Notes under the pieces: model-generated
What the model was told of the DNA's origin: nothing
Databases searched by the model: none
Seen by the model: the letters and a program-made list of their open reading frames with translations, nothing else
Shown: positions 1 to 10,046 of the stretch, piece by piece
Layout: every line of letters starts with the position of its first letter
Numbering within the stretch: position 1 is the first letter of the stretch
Position numbers and translations under genes: made by a program
Source: Diplonema japonicum
Lineage: Eukaryota; Protista; Euglenozoa: Diplonemea
Direction: 5' to 3'
DNA length: 64,000 bases
Assembly: GCA_964019335.1 (NCBI GenBank)
Contig: OZ025666.1
Coordinates: 372,001-436,000, forward strand

Positions 1-356
1 TGGTTCGCGAGGCCGAGGAGTTCCAGGAGGAGGACAAGAAGCTGAAGGAGAGGGTGGAGGCGAAGAACACCCTTGAGTCGACCGCCTACAACCTGAAGAA
101 CCAGGTGAACGACGACGAGAAGCTCGGCGGGAAGCTCGACGAGGACGACAAGACGGCGATCGAGGAGGCGGTGAAGGAGGCTCTGGGTTGGCTGGACGAG
201 AACCCGTCGGCCGACAAGGAGGAGTACGACGAGCAGCTCCAGAGCCTCCAGAGCATCACCAACCCCATCGTCTCCAAGGTCTACCAGCAGGGCGCCACTG
301 AGGGCGGTGCTGGCGGCAGTGAGGACCAGGACATGGGTGACTCTGACGAGCTCTGA
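1..356 (+). CDS. BiP: BiP/GRP78 (ER Hsp70), 3' partial
   Basis: Hsp70 C-terminal lid (EAKNTLES...[13 protein letters not shown]) ending in the ER-retention signal SDEL. Nearly identical to 56532-56887, including about 300 bp of 3' flank. Confidence 0.95.
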   Translation, partial: VREAEEFQEEDKKLKERVEAKNTLESTAYNLKNQVNDDEKLGGKLDEDDKTAIEEAVKEALGWLDENPSADKEEYDEQLQSLQSITNPIVSKVYQQGATEGGAGGSEDQDMGDSDEL

Positions 357-1241
357 GCAGGTCGCGGTTCTTTTTTTTAAACGAAAAAGTAGGTGATGCT
401 GAAAAACTCACCACAAAGAAAAAGTCCTCAAGGGGCTTTTTTGTCTTCTACTTTGAGTAACAATAACTATTCTTTAAAAGAAAATACCCCCATTTTTGTT
501 TTCACCCTCTTCTCCTTTCTCTTTTCTTTTTCAAGTAGAGTCATCGCAAGTCACCCCAATGAGCACGCGCATCTCTCCGGATGGACAGATACACGCCCAT
601 TGGACGGACGCATGTAGAGCAGAACTCTACATCGTCTTTGGATCTCTGATTTTACAAAGAAAAAGGCAAAGCAAAGAAAAAGAGGGAGTAAGAAAATAAT
701 AGTCTTAAAATAAAAGGGGAGCGTTGGCATTGTGTGTGCTGGTTATTTCCTTCTCCAGGTTTCGACCCTTCACTTACCATCAGATATGTTGCTACTTCTT
801 TCCTCTCTTCAGTTTTACCGTTTCTCTTCTATCTTGAAATTTTTGAAATTGTTATTCTTGCATAGTTTTTTAATGCTCACTTATTTCTTGTTTTTTGGGG
901 GTTTCCAACCTCCCTGTGTATGTGTAGTTCCTGGTTGTGGTTTGGGGAGACACAAGCGAATGGGAAACCGCCACTGAAATCGAAACTGGCAGTGTCGCTG
1001 TGGGCTGCGGGGATGGAGGATCTGAAAATACATATCCATATACCAGAAACACTCCACGGTTGCCCTCTTCCCTTAGTGGAGGTGATGACCACCAGACCCC
1101 TGGTTAGATGTTTTCCCCATGTGGGCACAGAAAGAGAGAAGCATCCCATTCCTTCACGTTGTTTCCCAGTTAGTGAAAAGAAGCGGAAAGAGGGAGGCTG
1201 AGACACCCGCATTGGTGTAACTTCAAAAACTTTCCTTCGGA

Positions 1242-1342
1242 ATGATGAGAAACAAAATTCATAGATCTCGTTCGTCTGAGCAGACTTCCATTTTTTTGGA
1301 GGGCTGCGTGTGACTGATAAGAATTTTCGGCCTTCAAGCTGA
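1242..1342 (+). ncRNA. Box C/D snoRNA family B (copies also near 52126, 53166, 58000, 58489)
   Basis: C box ATGATGA. D' guide AGATCTCGTTCGT is the exact complement of SSU ACGAACGAGATCT (present at 41338-41350), and the +5 rule gives the A equivalent to human 18S Am1383. D guide TTCGGCCTTCAA is complementary to LSU TTGAAGGCCGAA. Confidence 0.9.
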
Positions 1343-1394
1343 CCTTATTTTTTGCTGCCCCTCTCACTCTGTTGGCAGCAGGCCTTCACACCCT

Positions 1395-1480
1395 GTGATG
1401 AGAACAACGACATCAACACTCTCGTTCTTCTGATTTTAGTTATGAAGACAGATGTTCCGTTCATGCTTCTGCAATGCTGA
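1395..1480 (+). ncRNA. Box C/D snoRNA family D (copies also near 4597, 51844, 52278, 53317, 58152, 58641)
   Basis: C box GTGATGA. D' guide CTCTCGTTCTT fits SSU AAGAACG (yeast Am974 / human Am1031 context). D guide TTCTGCAAT fits 5.8S AUUGCAGAA (Gm75 context). Confidence 0.88.
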
Positions 1481-2061
1481 GGATATGCGACATAAATAAA
1501 ATAAAGTTCTTTTTCCAAATACCAGAAACACTCCACGGTTGCCCTCTTCCCTTAAGTGGAGGTGACGACCACCAGACCCCTGGTTAGATGTTCCTGTTTT
1601 TCTGAGCATTGATGTGTGGTGCCCAGCTATTTCACCGTTCATTCCCTCTCTTGCTAAGGCAGAGAAATTGTGCAGTGAGGCCTATTCCCCAACATGTCGT
1701 TTATCAACTGACCTTTCCAGGAGTTTCCCGCCTGCTTTTTTCTTTTTCAAGCTGTGTCCTAAGCCCCCATACTTCCACCGCTCCGCATGATGATCAGAGA
1801 ATACAATCCAATGACTGCTGTTTCCATGAGAAGCCATCTTCGGTGACATAAATTGTTTCTTAAAATTTCAAAACTGACAAACTGTGGTTTTCCGTGTTTT
1901 CTTCAAAGAGTCTTCAGCTGAAGTCATTATTTTCTTTTGCACTCCCATTCTCATTCGTTTCAAAGGCCCTGTCCTGTGTTAGATTACAGCTGCTTTGTCT
2001 TCGAACCTCTTCCACACAGCACAATCTTCCTTTCTTCTTATTCTTCTCCTTCTTCAAGAAA

Positions 2062-2937
2062 ATGACGCGTTCCACTATGATGCTCGCGATGCTGCCTGTT
2101 GTGGCGTCTCTGCAGATGGAGATGAGCTGCCTGATGGACGTGGGGATGGGGGCTTACGGGCTGATCGACGCTGGTCTGGGGATCAACAGCGCTGTGTCCT
2201 CGTGCGGGGATGCGGGGAAGAAGGGGCAGTGCACCGCGGACATCGGGAAGGTGGTGTCTGGTCTGGGGAGCACGAGCGCGTACATCTCGATGGCGGTGGG
2301 GGACTGCGGGGGCGAGGGGAACCAGTGCGCGGTGGACGTGTCGCAGGCGGTGTCGTCCCTCGGGAAGGCTGTGCAGGATGCGGGGAAGGCTGAGCAGTCG
2401 TGCAGGCAGAACGCGTCGAGGGCCCTGTGCGCGTCGGATGTGCTGGCGGCTGGGTCGAAGGTGGCGCTCGCGGCGAGCCAGGTGCAGGCGGCGAAGGGGA
2501 GCTGCGCGACCGTGGCGGAGAAGAAGGTGGCGGATTTGAAGAACTTCAACATGAACTGCATCATGGACGTGGCGATGGCCGCCTTCGGGCTGGTGAACGG
2601 GGGCCTCGCCGTGAACGCGGCGGTGGCGGACTGCGGGGCGGAGGGGAGCTCCGGGGCCTGCGCTGAGGACATCGGGAAGATGGTGTCTGGGCTGGGGTCC
2701 GCGAGCGCGCAGATCAGCGCGGCTGTCGGGGACTGCGGCGGGGCGACGCAGCAGTGCTCCGTCGACGTGTCGAAGGCGGTGGCCTCCTTCGGGAAGGCGA
2801 CCGAGGAGGCAGGGAAGGCGGCACAGGTCTGCGGCGACAAGACCCAGTCCGCCCTCTGCGTCTCCTACCTCCTCGCCTCCGGCTCAGGCATCTCCCTCGC
2901 CGTCAGCGATATCCAGGCGGCCTCCAAGTCTTGCTAG
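2062..2937 (+). CDS. Secreted Cys/Ala/Gly-rich protein with two ~135-aa internal repeats, function unknown
   Basis: Signal peptide (MLAMLPVVASLQ) and strong GC3 bias. Duplicated unit C.MDV...GL..N.AV..CG...C..DIGK.VSGLGS.SA.IS.AVGDCGG. Confidence 0.85.
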   Translation: MTRSTMMLAMLPVVASLQMEMSCLMDVGMGAYGLIDAGLGINSAVSSCGDAGKKGQCTADIGKVVSGLGSTSAYISMAVGDCGGEGNQCAVDVSQAVSSLGKAVQDAGKAEQSCRQNASRALCASDVLAAGSKVALAASQVQAAKGSCATVAEKKVADLKNFNMNCIMDVAMAAFGLVNGGLAVNAAVADCGAEGSSGACAEDIGKMVSGLGSASAQISAAVGDCGGATQQCSVDVSKAVASFGKATEEAGKAAQVCGDKTQSALCVSYLLASGSGISLAVSDIQAASKSC

Positions 2938-3562
2938 GCTTAGCTCGAAAACAGAGATCTATTCTCTATTCACTTTCGTTTCTTCTTGCAACAGACATAG
3001 CCCCTCCTTACTATGTGTCCCTATGCTGACGCTATTACAATGGCAAACAGCAATGTTTTTCTTCTTTTTTTAACGCTGACGTGCGCACAAATGAAGTGCC
3101 AAACTAGTTTTTTTGTAATTCGACGTGGCATGTGGAGCCTTATCGTTTTTTTATGCTCCTTCCTTCCTCCCTTCCATCCCCTTTGGGTACATTCTCTAAT
3201 TTATGGCAGCAGTGCCTTCCGACTTCTCTCTTTTTAAGTCTTTATTTTTATGCATCTTTGCAACTGAGTTGGAGTAGGGAACTTTGAATTTGTGGCATGA
3301 TGACAAACCATGTTTAGTGTAGTGCGCATCTGACACCCCTCTTGCAGGTGGTGGTTGAGAATACATACATCGGTCTAGACTCGTTTATGACTGACCTTCC
3401 ACATTAGTTATTTCGTTTTTAAGAGATCATGAACAGACTAGGGTTGGGCGCTTATAACAGAGGACAGAAGCATCCCATTCCTTCACGTTGTTTCCCAGTT
3501 AGTGAAAAGAAGCGGAAAGAGGGAGGCTGAGACACCCGCATTGGAGGGACAGCATTCTGCAA

Positions 3563-3631
3563 ACCTTCACCATTACCCCCCAGGGTAGCTTTTTGAAGTG
3601 TGCTGGAGGGCAAGTTTGGAAGGTGAGAGTG
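3563..3631 (+). ncRNA. Single-hairpin AGA-box pseudouridylation guide (copy near 52614)
   Basis: Basal stem ACCTTC/GAAGGT followed by AGA. Pocket strands ACCATT and AAGTTTG (14 nt from AGA) fit LSU CAAACUU-UA-AAUGG. Confidence 0.75.
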
Positions 3632-3687
3632 GAAGAGAAGCAGCTGAGGTCTTTGGTGTGGTGGTGAGGAGGGGCAAGAAAACCGAC

Positions 3688-3760
3688 ATGATGACCACAT
3701 CATATCCACTAAATTTTCTGATGAAGAGTCTTAAAATCTACAATGTCATAGTTACTCTGA
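3688..3760 (+). ncRNA. Box C/D snoRNA, U46/snR63-like target (copies near 52739, variant near 5360)
   Basis: ATGATGA...GTCATAGTTACT-CTGA is complementary to LSU helix 69 AGUAACUAUGAC. The +5 base is the A in the yeast Am2256 context. Confidence 0.9.
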
Positions 3761-3828
3761 TCTCTTTCCGTCCTTTCCCTTTGCTCACTTTTTCACCCAG
3801 AAAAACAGAACAAGAATAACCCCCCCCC

Positions 3829-3896
3829 CCCCGCATTTAAGGCAAGGGAATGAAGCATTTAGTCTTGTTTATCCCTAGTCATTGTGGGGTAGATAT
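3829..3896 (+). ncRNA. AGA-box guide for LSU helix-69 region (copies near 52864, 54144)
   Basis: Stem CCCCGCA/TGTGGGG plus AGA. Pocket TTTAAGG / GTCAT fits AUGAC-UC-UCUUAAG. Confidence 0.75.
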
Positions 3897-3924
3897 GGCT
3901 TCAGGAGGGCAGCAGCACAGCCGT

Positions 3925-4004
3925 GTGATGACCAACACGAGGCATTTGTCTGAACACCTTTTGCGACGATTATAAAAACGTATTCTACCTTAACTTATCG
4001 CTGA
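3925..4004 (+). ncRNA. Box C/D snoRNA, U15/snR13-like target (copy near 54240)
   Basis: GTGATGA. D' guide ACGAGGCATTTG is complementary to LSU CAAAUGCCUCGU (yeast Am2281 context). An extra CTACCTTAA is complementary to the adjacent UUAAGGUAG. Confidence 0.9.
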
Positions 4005-4823
4005 CGTTTGTGTTGCTGTGCTTGGGCTGATTTCCCTTTTTTTTCCTCTCCTTTTTTTTTCGAGGTGCGCCCCCTGTAATCAAGTAAATGGTGCTTGTGC
4101 AGGGTGCCCCCACCGGCTTCCTTTAAATCATCGAGTTTTTTTTTTCGCACCTGTCCCACCGGGGTGCAATTCTGCTGGGCTGAACACCCCCATGTCCTTC
4201 ATCAGCGGGAAACACCCCGCAGATCATTACCTCTAGCACTCGAGGCTGTCCCCCCTTTGTCCAAGATGAAAGAAAAAGGATCTTAGTTTTTTGCAATACC
4301 ACCAGAAACACTCCACGGTTGCCCTCTTCCCTTAAATGGAGGTGATGACCACCAGACCCCTGGTTAGATGGTCTCTTCCCCCTTTTTTTTTTGCAGTGAG
4401 TGGTTTGTTTTTTGAGTCCCACCGCTCGCATGATGATCAGAGAATACAATCCAATGACTGCTGTTTCCATGAGAAGCCATCTTCGGTGACATAAATTGTT
4501 TCTTAAAATCTTCAAAACTGACAAACTGTGGTTTTCTATCTTTTGTTGACCAAGATGGACATGACAAGGATGAGGACCAAGCAGTGGAACGCGCCTGTGA
4601 TGAGAACAACGACATCAACACTCTCGTTCTTCTGATTTAGTTATGAAGACAGATGTTCCGTTCATGCTTCTGCAATGCTGAGGATGAGGATTGCGACATA
4701 ATCATTTTTTACCCCCAAATACCAGAAACACTCCACGGTTGCCCTCTTCCCTTAAGTGGAGGTGATGACCACCAGACCCCTGGTTAGAGTCTTTGAGAAG
4801 GTCGATGTGGCGTGCATCGTGCA

Positions 4824-4886
4824 TCGTCCCTCGCTATGCCTGCTGAGCGGACATGCCCAGGAGAGTACGTAAGGGGCGAGAGATGT
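4824..4886 (+). ncRNA. AGA-box guide for the LSU peptidyl-transferase region (copy near 54644)
   Basis: Stem TCGTCCC/GGGGCGA plus AGA. Pocket TCGCTAT / ACGT fits GCGU-UC-AUAGCGA (yeast Psi2826 context). Confidence 0.7.
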
Positions 4887-5654
4887 GTGTGTGTGTGGTC
4901 CCTGCCACCAGACCCCTGGTCAGAGGTGAATGAGATATCGACAAGAGTCATCAGGAACTTGTGGCATGATGACAAACCATGTTTAGTGTAGTGCGCATCT
5001 GACACCCTCTCTTGCAGGTGGTGGTTGAGAATACATACATCGGTCTAGACTCGTTTATCAACTGACCTTCCCACCTGCTTTATTTGTTTCCCAGTTAGTG
5101 AAAAGAAGCGGAAAGGGGGTCCCAACTGATGATCAGAGAATACAATCCAATGACTGCTGTTTCCATGAGAAGCCATCTTCGGTGACATCAATTGTTTCTT
5201 AAAAATCTTCAAAACTGATACGACAAAGCTGCCCTCTTATCCCACACCAGCTTGACACTCAACCAAGGTCATGAGTACCCGGGTGAGTGTCTCGAGACGC
5301 TTCCAACCCACCTGGTGGGGATTTAAAAAAAAAAAAGAAAACCTAATCGAGAAAAGCAAATGATGATCGTTAATTCACGCTTAATTTTCTGATGAAGAGT
5401 CTTAAAATTTTAATGTCATAGTTACTCTGATCTAAACAAAAAGAATAAGTGGTAATAGGCGATGACAAACCATTTTTAGTGTAGTGCGCACTGACCTTTC
5501 CAGCTTTATTTTTTTTTTAAAGACAGAAGCATCCCATTCCTTCACGTTGTTTCCCAGTTAGTGAAAAGAAGCGGAAAGAGGGAGGCTGAGACACGGATCC
5601 GACAGCCAGACTGAATTTTTGTTACTTTCAAACATTCTCACTTTTCAAAGGCAA

Positions 5655-7103
5655 ATGGCTATCAATTCGCCGTCACTCAAATGGAGCGAACACATGAAGC
5701 CGTCGGTGCTGAATAGAGGGCACCTTGGTGACGAGGACGAAGTGGAGCGTGAGGAGAGGTGGCGGCTGAAGTGGAAGAGCTTTGCGATAGTATACATAGC
5801 GTACACAGGGTACCACTTCACGAGAAACAACATCAGCGCTGCGAAGATGGGACTGAAGAGCGACGTGGGCCTCACGCTAGGTGAGCTGGGCTCCGTGGAT
5901 ACTAGCTTTCTAACCATGTACGCAATGGGGCAGTTTATATCTGGTGCGATGGCAGACACATGGGGCCCACGGGCGACAATGATGACAGGCATGATCGGGA
6001 GTGCAGCGTGCAATCTAATCATCGGGCTTGCGGACAACCCGTCCTTGGAGCTCAAGGTGCTGTGGGCGTTGAACGGCATCTTCCAGGCAACAGGCTGGGC
6101 CTGCTCACTCAAGGTCCTCTCTAACTGGTTCCCCGAGTCTGAGCGTGCCTTTGCTGTCGGCGCCTGGTGTACTAACTCCTCCGTCGGCTCCATTGCCACC
6201 GCCTTCCTAGCTGGGACAATCATGTCATTCTTCGCATGGCGTGGAGCCTTCATCATCCCTGCCCTCCTCGTGCTGGGCCTTGCAGTGGTCGTGTACTTCG
6301 GGTTGTACAACGACCCAGAAGAGGTTGGCATGCGGCACACATGCGACACCGAAGTGCCGATTGACGAAGAGTCCCCACTGCTGGGATCGGGGTCGACGGG
6401 GGTGAAGCGTATGTACCTGTCGCTGCTGACACCGGACACGACACCTCTGCTGACTGACGTGACTGTGGACTCTGTGAGGTCTCTAATGAACGGTGGAGAG
6501 GCACCGTTGATAAGCATGCTGAAGGAACCGCGTGTATGGATCATGGGGTGCGGGTACTTCTTCGTGAAGCTAGTAAGGTACAGCATGTGGTTCTGGATGC
6601 CCATGTACCTCCACACAGTGCAAGGCTACTCTGTGCAGGCCGCAACGTTTGCAGGTTCAGCCTTCGACATAGGCGGTGTGATAGGCCTCCTCATCGTGGG
6701 AAAGGCTTGCGACAAGTACATGCCCCACCGTGCTAGGGCAGCAAGCCTGGGTTTGCTGTGCTTGTCGGGTGCCTTGATGATCTTCCCTACACTGGCGGCC
6801 ATGTCGCCCACAATGTGTGTAGCTGGGCTAATGTTGTGCGGGCTGACACTGTACGCCCCTGACTGCATCGTGGCAGGCGCCTCAGCTCAGGACATAGGTG
6901 GGCTAGAGGGGACTGCTAGCGCGGCTGGTATCATTAATGGACTGGGTTCTATTGGTGCTTGTTTTCAAGGATTTGTGGTTTCCTTCATTGTCACCCTTTA
7001 CGGCTGGGACAAGCTGTTCTACTTCTTCTCTGTTTCCGTTCTCTTTGCTGTTGTAATAATGGCACCTCTTTCACTCAAGCCTTGGGTGGTCCGCAGTTCG
7101 TAG
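5655..7103 (+). CDS. MFS transporter, organophosphate:Pi antiporter (GlpT/SLC37-like)
   Basis: About 12 TM segments. Motifs YHFTRNN, YAMGQFISGAMADTWGPR, NWFPESERAFAVGAW, KLVRY...FWMP.YL, AAGIINGLGSIG. Confidence 0.9.
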   Translation: MAINSPSLKWSEHMKPSVLNRGHLGDEDEVEREERWRLKWKSFAIVYIAYTGYHFTRNNISAAKMGLKSDVGLTLGELGSVDTSFLTMYAMGQFISGAMADTWGPRATMMTGMIGSAACNLIIGLADNPSLELKVLWALNGIFQATGWACSLKVLSNWFPESERAFAVGAWCTNSSVGSIATAFLAGTIMSFFAWRGAFIIPALLVLGLAVVVYFGLYNDPEEVGMRHTCDTEVPIDEESPLLGSGSTGVKRMYLSLLTPDTTPLLTDVTVDSVRSLMNGGEAPLISMLKEPRVWIMGCGYFFVKLVRYSMWFWMPMYLHTVQGYSVQAATFAGSAFDIGGVIGLLIVGKACDKYMPHRARAASLGLLCLSGALMIFPTLAAMSPTMCVAGLMLCGLTLYAPDCIVAGASAQDIGGLEGTASAAGIINGLGSIGACFQGFVVSFIVTLYGWDKLFYFFSVSVLFAVVIMAPLSLKPWVVRSS

Positions 7104-8042
7104 AGTAGAGCAAAAGAGAAAAAAAAAAAAAAAAAAAAAAAAAACAAGAAAAAAAAAAAAATATATGAGAGAGTTTTTTTTTTGTTTGTATTACACTTCT
7201 TTCTTCTTCTTCTTTTTCTTCTTTCTGATATCCCCCCCCTTTTTTTTATGTTTCCTCGCTCATTCCCCTTTCCCCCTTTTTTTTCTGTTCAGTTCTCTGG
7301 AAGGGAAGGGGAGGGGAGGTGTTGTTGGAGGGAAAATAATTTTAAAAAAAGAGAACAAAAAAAAAATTCGTAGTAAAAGAAAAGGAGAATGAATCGTAGC
7401 TAAAAAAACCCCGCTGTCATTAGGGAGGGGGGAAAAAAAGGAGGAAAATTACCCGTTTTTTTTCCCCCTCTTTCTCTCTCCTTTGATGTCCCTCAGGTCC
7501 TGTTCTTCGCCGGAATGGTGCAAAATTACTTTTTTTTTGCTTTTTTCAAAAAAAAAAAAAGAGGAAAAAAAAGTAATACCTGAGGGGAGTGAGGAGGTTT
7601 TTTAGGGATCATTTTTTTTTTTGTGTGTTTTGAAATTTTCTTCATTCTCTCATTTCTCTTGAGAGTCTTTAAAAAAAATCTTAAAAAAAAGGAATGTACC
7701 ACCTGCTTTCTGCCTTTAGCATCCTTCCATGATTGCCATGCACACAGCACGGGGTCTTGCAAGAAATGCAAGTGGGCTTCTGGTTATGCTGCTGTTTTGC
7801 TGCCGTCCTTCGTCAAGGGATGAGATCGGTGGGTCAAATGGTGCCCTTTTTTTTTTCTTTTTTTTTTTCCCATCCTTCTTTTTGTTTCTTCCTTCTTTTC
7901 GTTTGTTATTTCTTTTTCTTCTAATTTTATTTCTTTATCTGCCTCTCTTCATTCCATCTTCCCCTCTTAGAAAGAAAGTAAGAAGAAACAGAACCGGTGG
8001 GTTTTCAAAAAAAAGAATTTTTTTTTTTTTTGCCTCGAAACG

Positions 8043-9073
8043 CATAGTATCCAGGGTTAACCGATCACCTTCGGGTTTTGAAACCCGACCCGAGCAATTT
8101 TGGATTTTCGATCACTGTTCGGGTTAATGATGGGTTTTTTTGTAATTTCGGATCGGTTTGATCGGTTTTTTTCTAATTTCGGAGGGTGTCTATCTGAGCC
8201 CCTTCCAGCCATTAAAACCCAAAATAGAGCCTTATTTAAGGCTTTAAATGCAGTTTTGAAAAAACTGGTTTTCAGACTTGTTATTATATACCGGGTCAGG
8301 GTCTGTTTATGCGCACGAGCAATTTTACCTAATAAAAATAGCTCATGAGCGCGGCTTCGCAACGGTACGCGACAGCCTACCTCTGCAAAGACGTGTGAGA
8401 GGGGGAATGGCTGTCCTACTCGGCCATAGCCCAAATACAGCCTTGAGACGACCTCATTCGATATCGAAGCGTGGTGGCTGGCTCAGAAAGCTGCTCTCCC
8501 TGTTTTGCATGACAGGGCCTTGTCGCTGCTGTACGCGCAGCCTGGTAACAGCCGTGGACGCGGTGTTCTCCTCGATCGACGCCAAGTTCGGAGAGATGCG
8601 TCGCGTCCGCCTCACACCAGACGTACGAAGGCAGCTGTTGTTCTTGTACCTGAACCAGGACATCAGCGGTGCTCTGTCTTCGGCTGACAGGCACCACGTT
8701 CTCAGGCAGGCCGGGTTGCAAGCAGGGAGGTAAGAAATTGGGCGTTCATCGCTATGTGCGTGCATTCAGTTCTCTGTGGGTGAACATCCTGCCTCAACGG
8801 GCGCGCTTCCGTGTCCCATGGAGCTTTTCTAGGCGCCCCCCTTACTTTGTGCATTGCTACACTTCCCGTTCAAGTTTCAATGTCTTTCATTATTGACTTT
8901 CGCGCCTAGTTAAAAACCCGCCAAAAACCGGGGTCGGCTTTGTGTATCTGGGGCCCGGGATACGAATATAAGGGTTTTAAGCATGGTTGCATGCTCGCCT
9001 TTCATTTGACGTCAATTTAAAACCCGATTGTAATTAAAAACCCGCGGGTGATCGGTTAACCCTGGATACTATG
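8043..9073. mobile_element. Non-autonomous TIR DNA transposon (1031 bp), 6-bp TSD
   Basis: Perfect 27-bp TIR CATAGTATCCAGGGTTAACCGATCACC at 8043 and its reverse complement ending at 9073. GAAACG is duplicated at 8037-8042 and 9074-9079. Confidence 0.9.
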
Positions 9074-9198
9074 GAAACGAGAAAAAAAAAAAAAAAAAAA
9101 AAAAAAAACACCCATACCGTGACGTGGCCTTACTTTTTTTTTTTTTTTTAAAAAATCGGGCAGCAAGACCTTTGGCCGGTCAAGGTGCGTAACGACAC

Positions 9199-9334
9199 CT
9201 CCCCTTAAACGAGTTATTTCAAGGAGGTCTGTGACAGAGTGATGCTCGGCAGAGAGACATGAGTAAGGCAGACCTTACAGCGAGCAACTGTCACCCAGGC
9301 ACAAACAGACCTTTCAAAACAAGGGGTAACATGG
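9199..9334 (+). ncRNA. Candidate long single-hairpin ACA-box RNA
   Basis: Nested stems CCCCTT/AAGGGG, AGGTCTGT/ACAGACCT, TGACAG/CTGTCA, TGCTCG/CGAGCA and GTAAGG/CCTTAC, followed by ACA at 9329-9331. Confidence 0.55.
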
Positions 9335-10046
9335 ATCGAAAAAGATGCCCCAGATCGAGTTTTTTTTTATTCCCCCCCCCTCTTGTGTGGCCTGCGCGAA
9401 CTTCTGAAGCCCGCAGCACTGTCACTTTCTTTTCAGAGTTTTCTATCTCTGCTACATAATTTTTTTTTAATTTCCCCTCCCCTCCCCCCCCCCCCCCCCC
9501 CCCCACCTGAAGCGACGTCAATCTTCTCCATCATCGTGACCCCCTCGCCCCCTCGTGTGTAGGGTGTGGTTAATGAAGAAAGAGTCGCATCGAATACTAA
9601 TGTCACTTTATACACAAATCACGGTGCATTCCAGGGGGCAGAACGATTGCTTTTAATTCAAAAGTCGTTTTTTTATATTATTTTTTTCACTTGGCTTGAC
9701 TGGTCAGTAAATAAAGACACACTGCTGTTGGTCTCTATCTCATCCTCCTTCCCCCCCCCCCCCCCCTTCTTCGTTCTTCTTCTTCTTCTTTTTTTTTGTC
9801 ACTCTTTTTTAAAAGAAGATCTAAGGAGGTATCATATTTATTTCTACTTTTCTTTTTTTTATTCGTCCGCTCCACTCCCCCCCCCCTCTGCGCCGACAAG
9901 AAAAAGAAGAAATAAAAGAAGAGAAAAGGGTGTGCTCACTTCGACACTGAGCTTGCGCTGGGACACGCTGAGACATTTTTTTTTTGCTTCTTTTTGTTAA
10001 AAATATTTATGTCTTTTGGACAAATTGCCACCAGGGAAACAGTAAC

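Larger units (their letters stand above)
1041..1877 (+). ncRNA. snoRNA cluster 1 (AGA-box hairpins at 1041-1111, 1140-1206, 1520-1591; C/D RNAs at 1242-1342, 1395-1480, 1787-1877)
   Basis: RTGATGA...CTGA box pairs with rRNA-antisense guides. The hairpins are conserved among copies up to an AGA motif. Confidence 0.85.
3297..5594 (+). ncRNA. snoRNA cluster 2 (C/D at 3297-3394, 3688-3760, 3925-4004, 4430-4521, 4597-4681, 4966-5065, 5360-5430; AGA hairpins at 3469-3535, 3563-3631, 3829-3896, 4160-4226, 4301-4371, 4720-4791, 4824-4886, 5528-5594)
   Basis: Box motifs plus antisense guides to conserved rRNA. The same modules recur in BiP intron 1. Confidence 0.85.

Noticed and set aside
1041-1111. 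SLA1 (SL RNA pseudouridylation guide)
   Set aside because: TACCAGAAAC only imperfectly complements the SL sequence GUUUCUGUA, and it overlaps the basal stem rather than forming both pocket strands.
1041-1591. CRISPR-like repeat-spacer array
   Set aside because: The repeats are about 70 bp and irregularly spaced, the 'spacers' are themselves repeated snoRNAs, there are no cas genes, and the context is eukaryotic.
7104-8030. F/K-rich ORFs in intergenic DNA (also 12-13 kb, 45 kb, 50.3-51.4 kb)
   Set aside because: Translations of poly-T and poly-A tracts with no coding signal.
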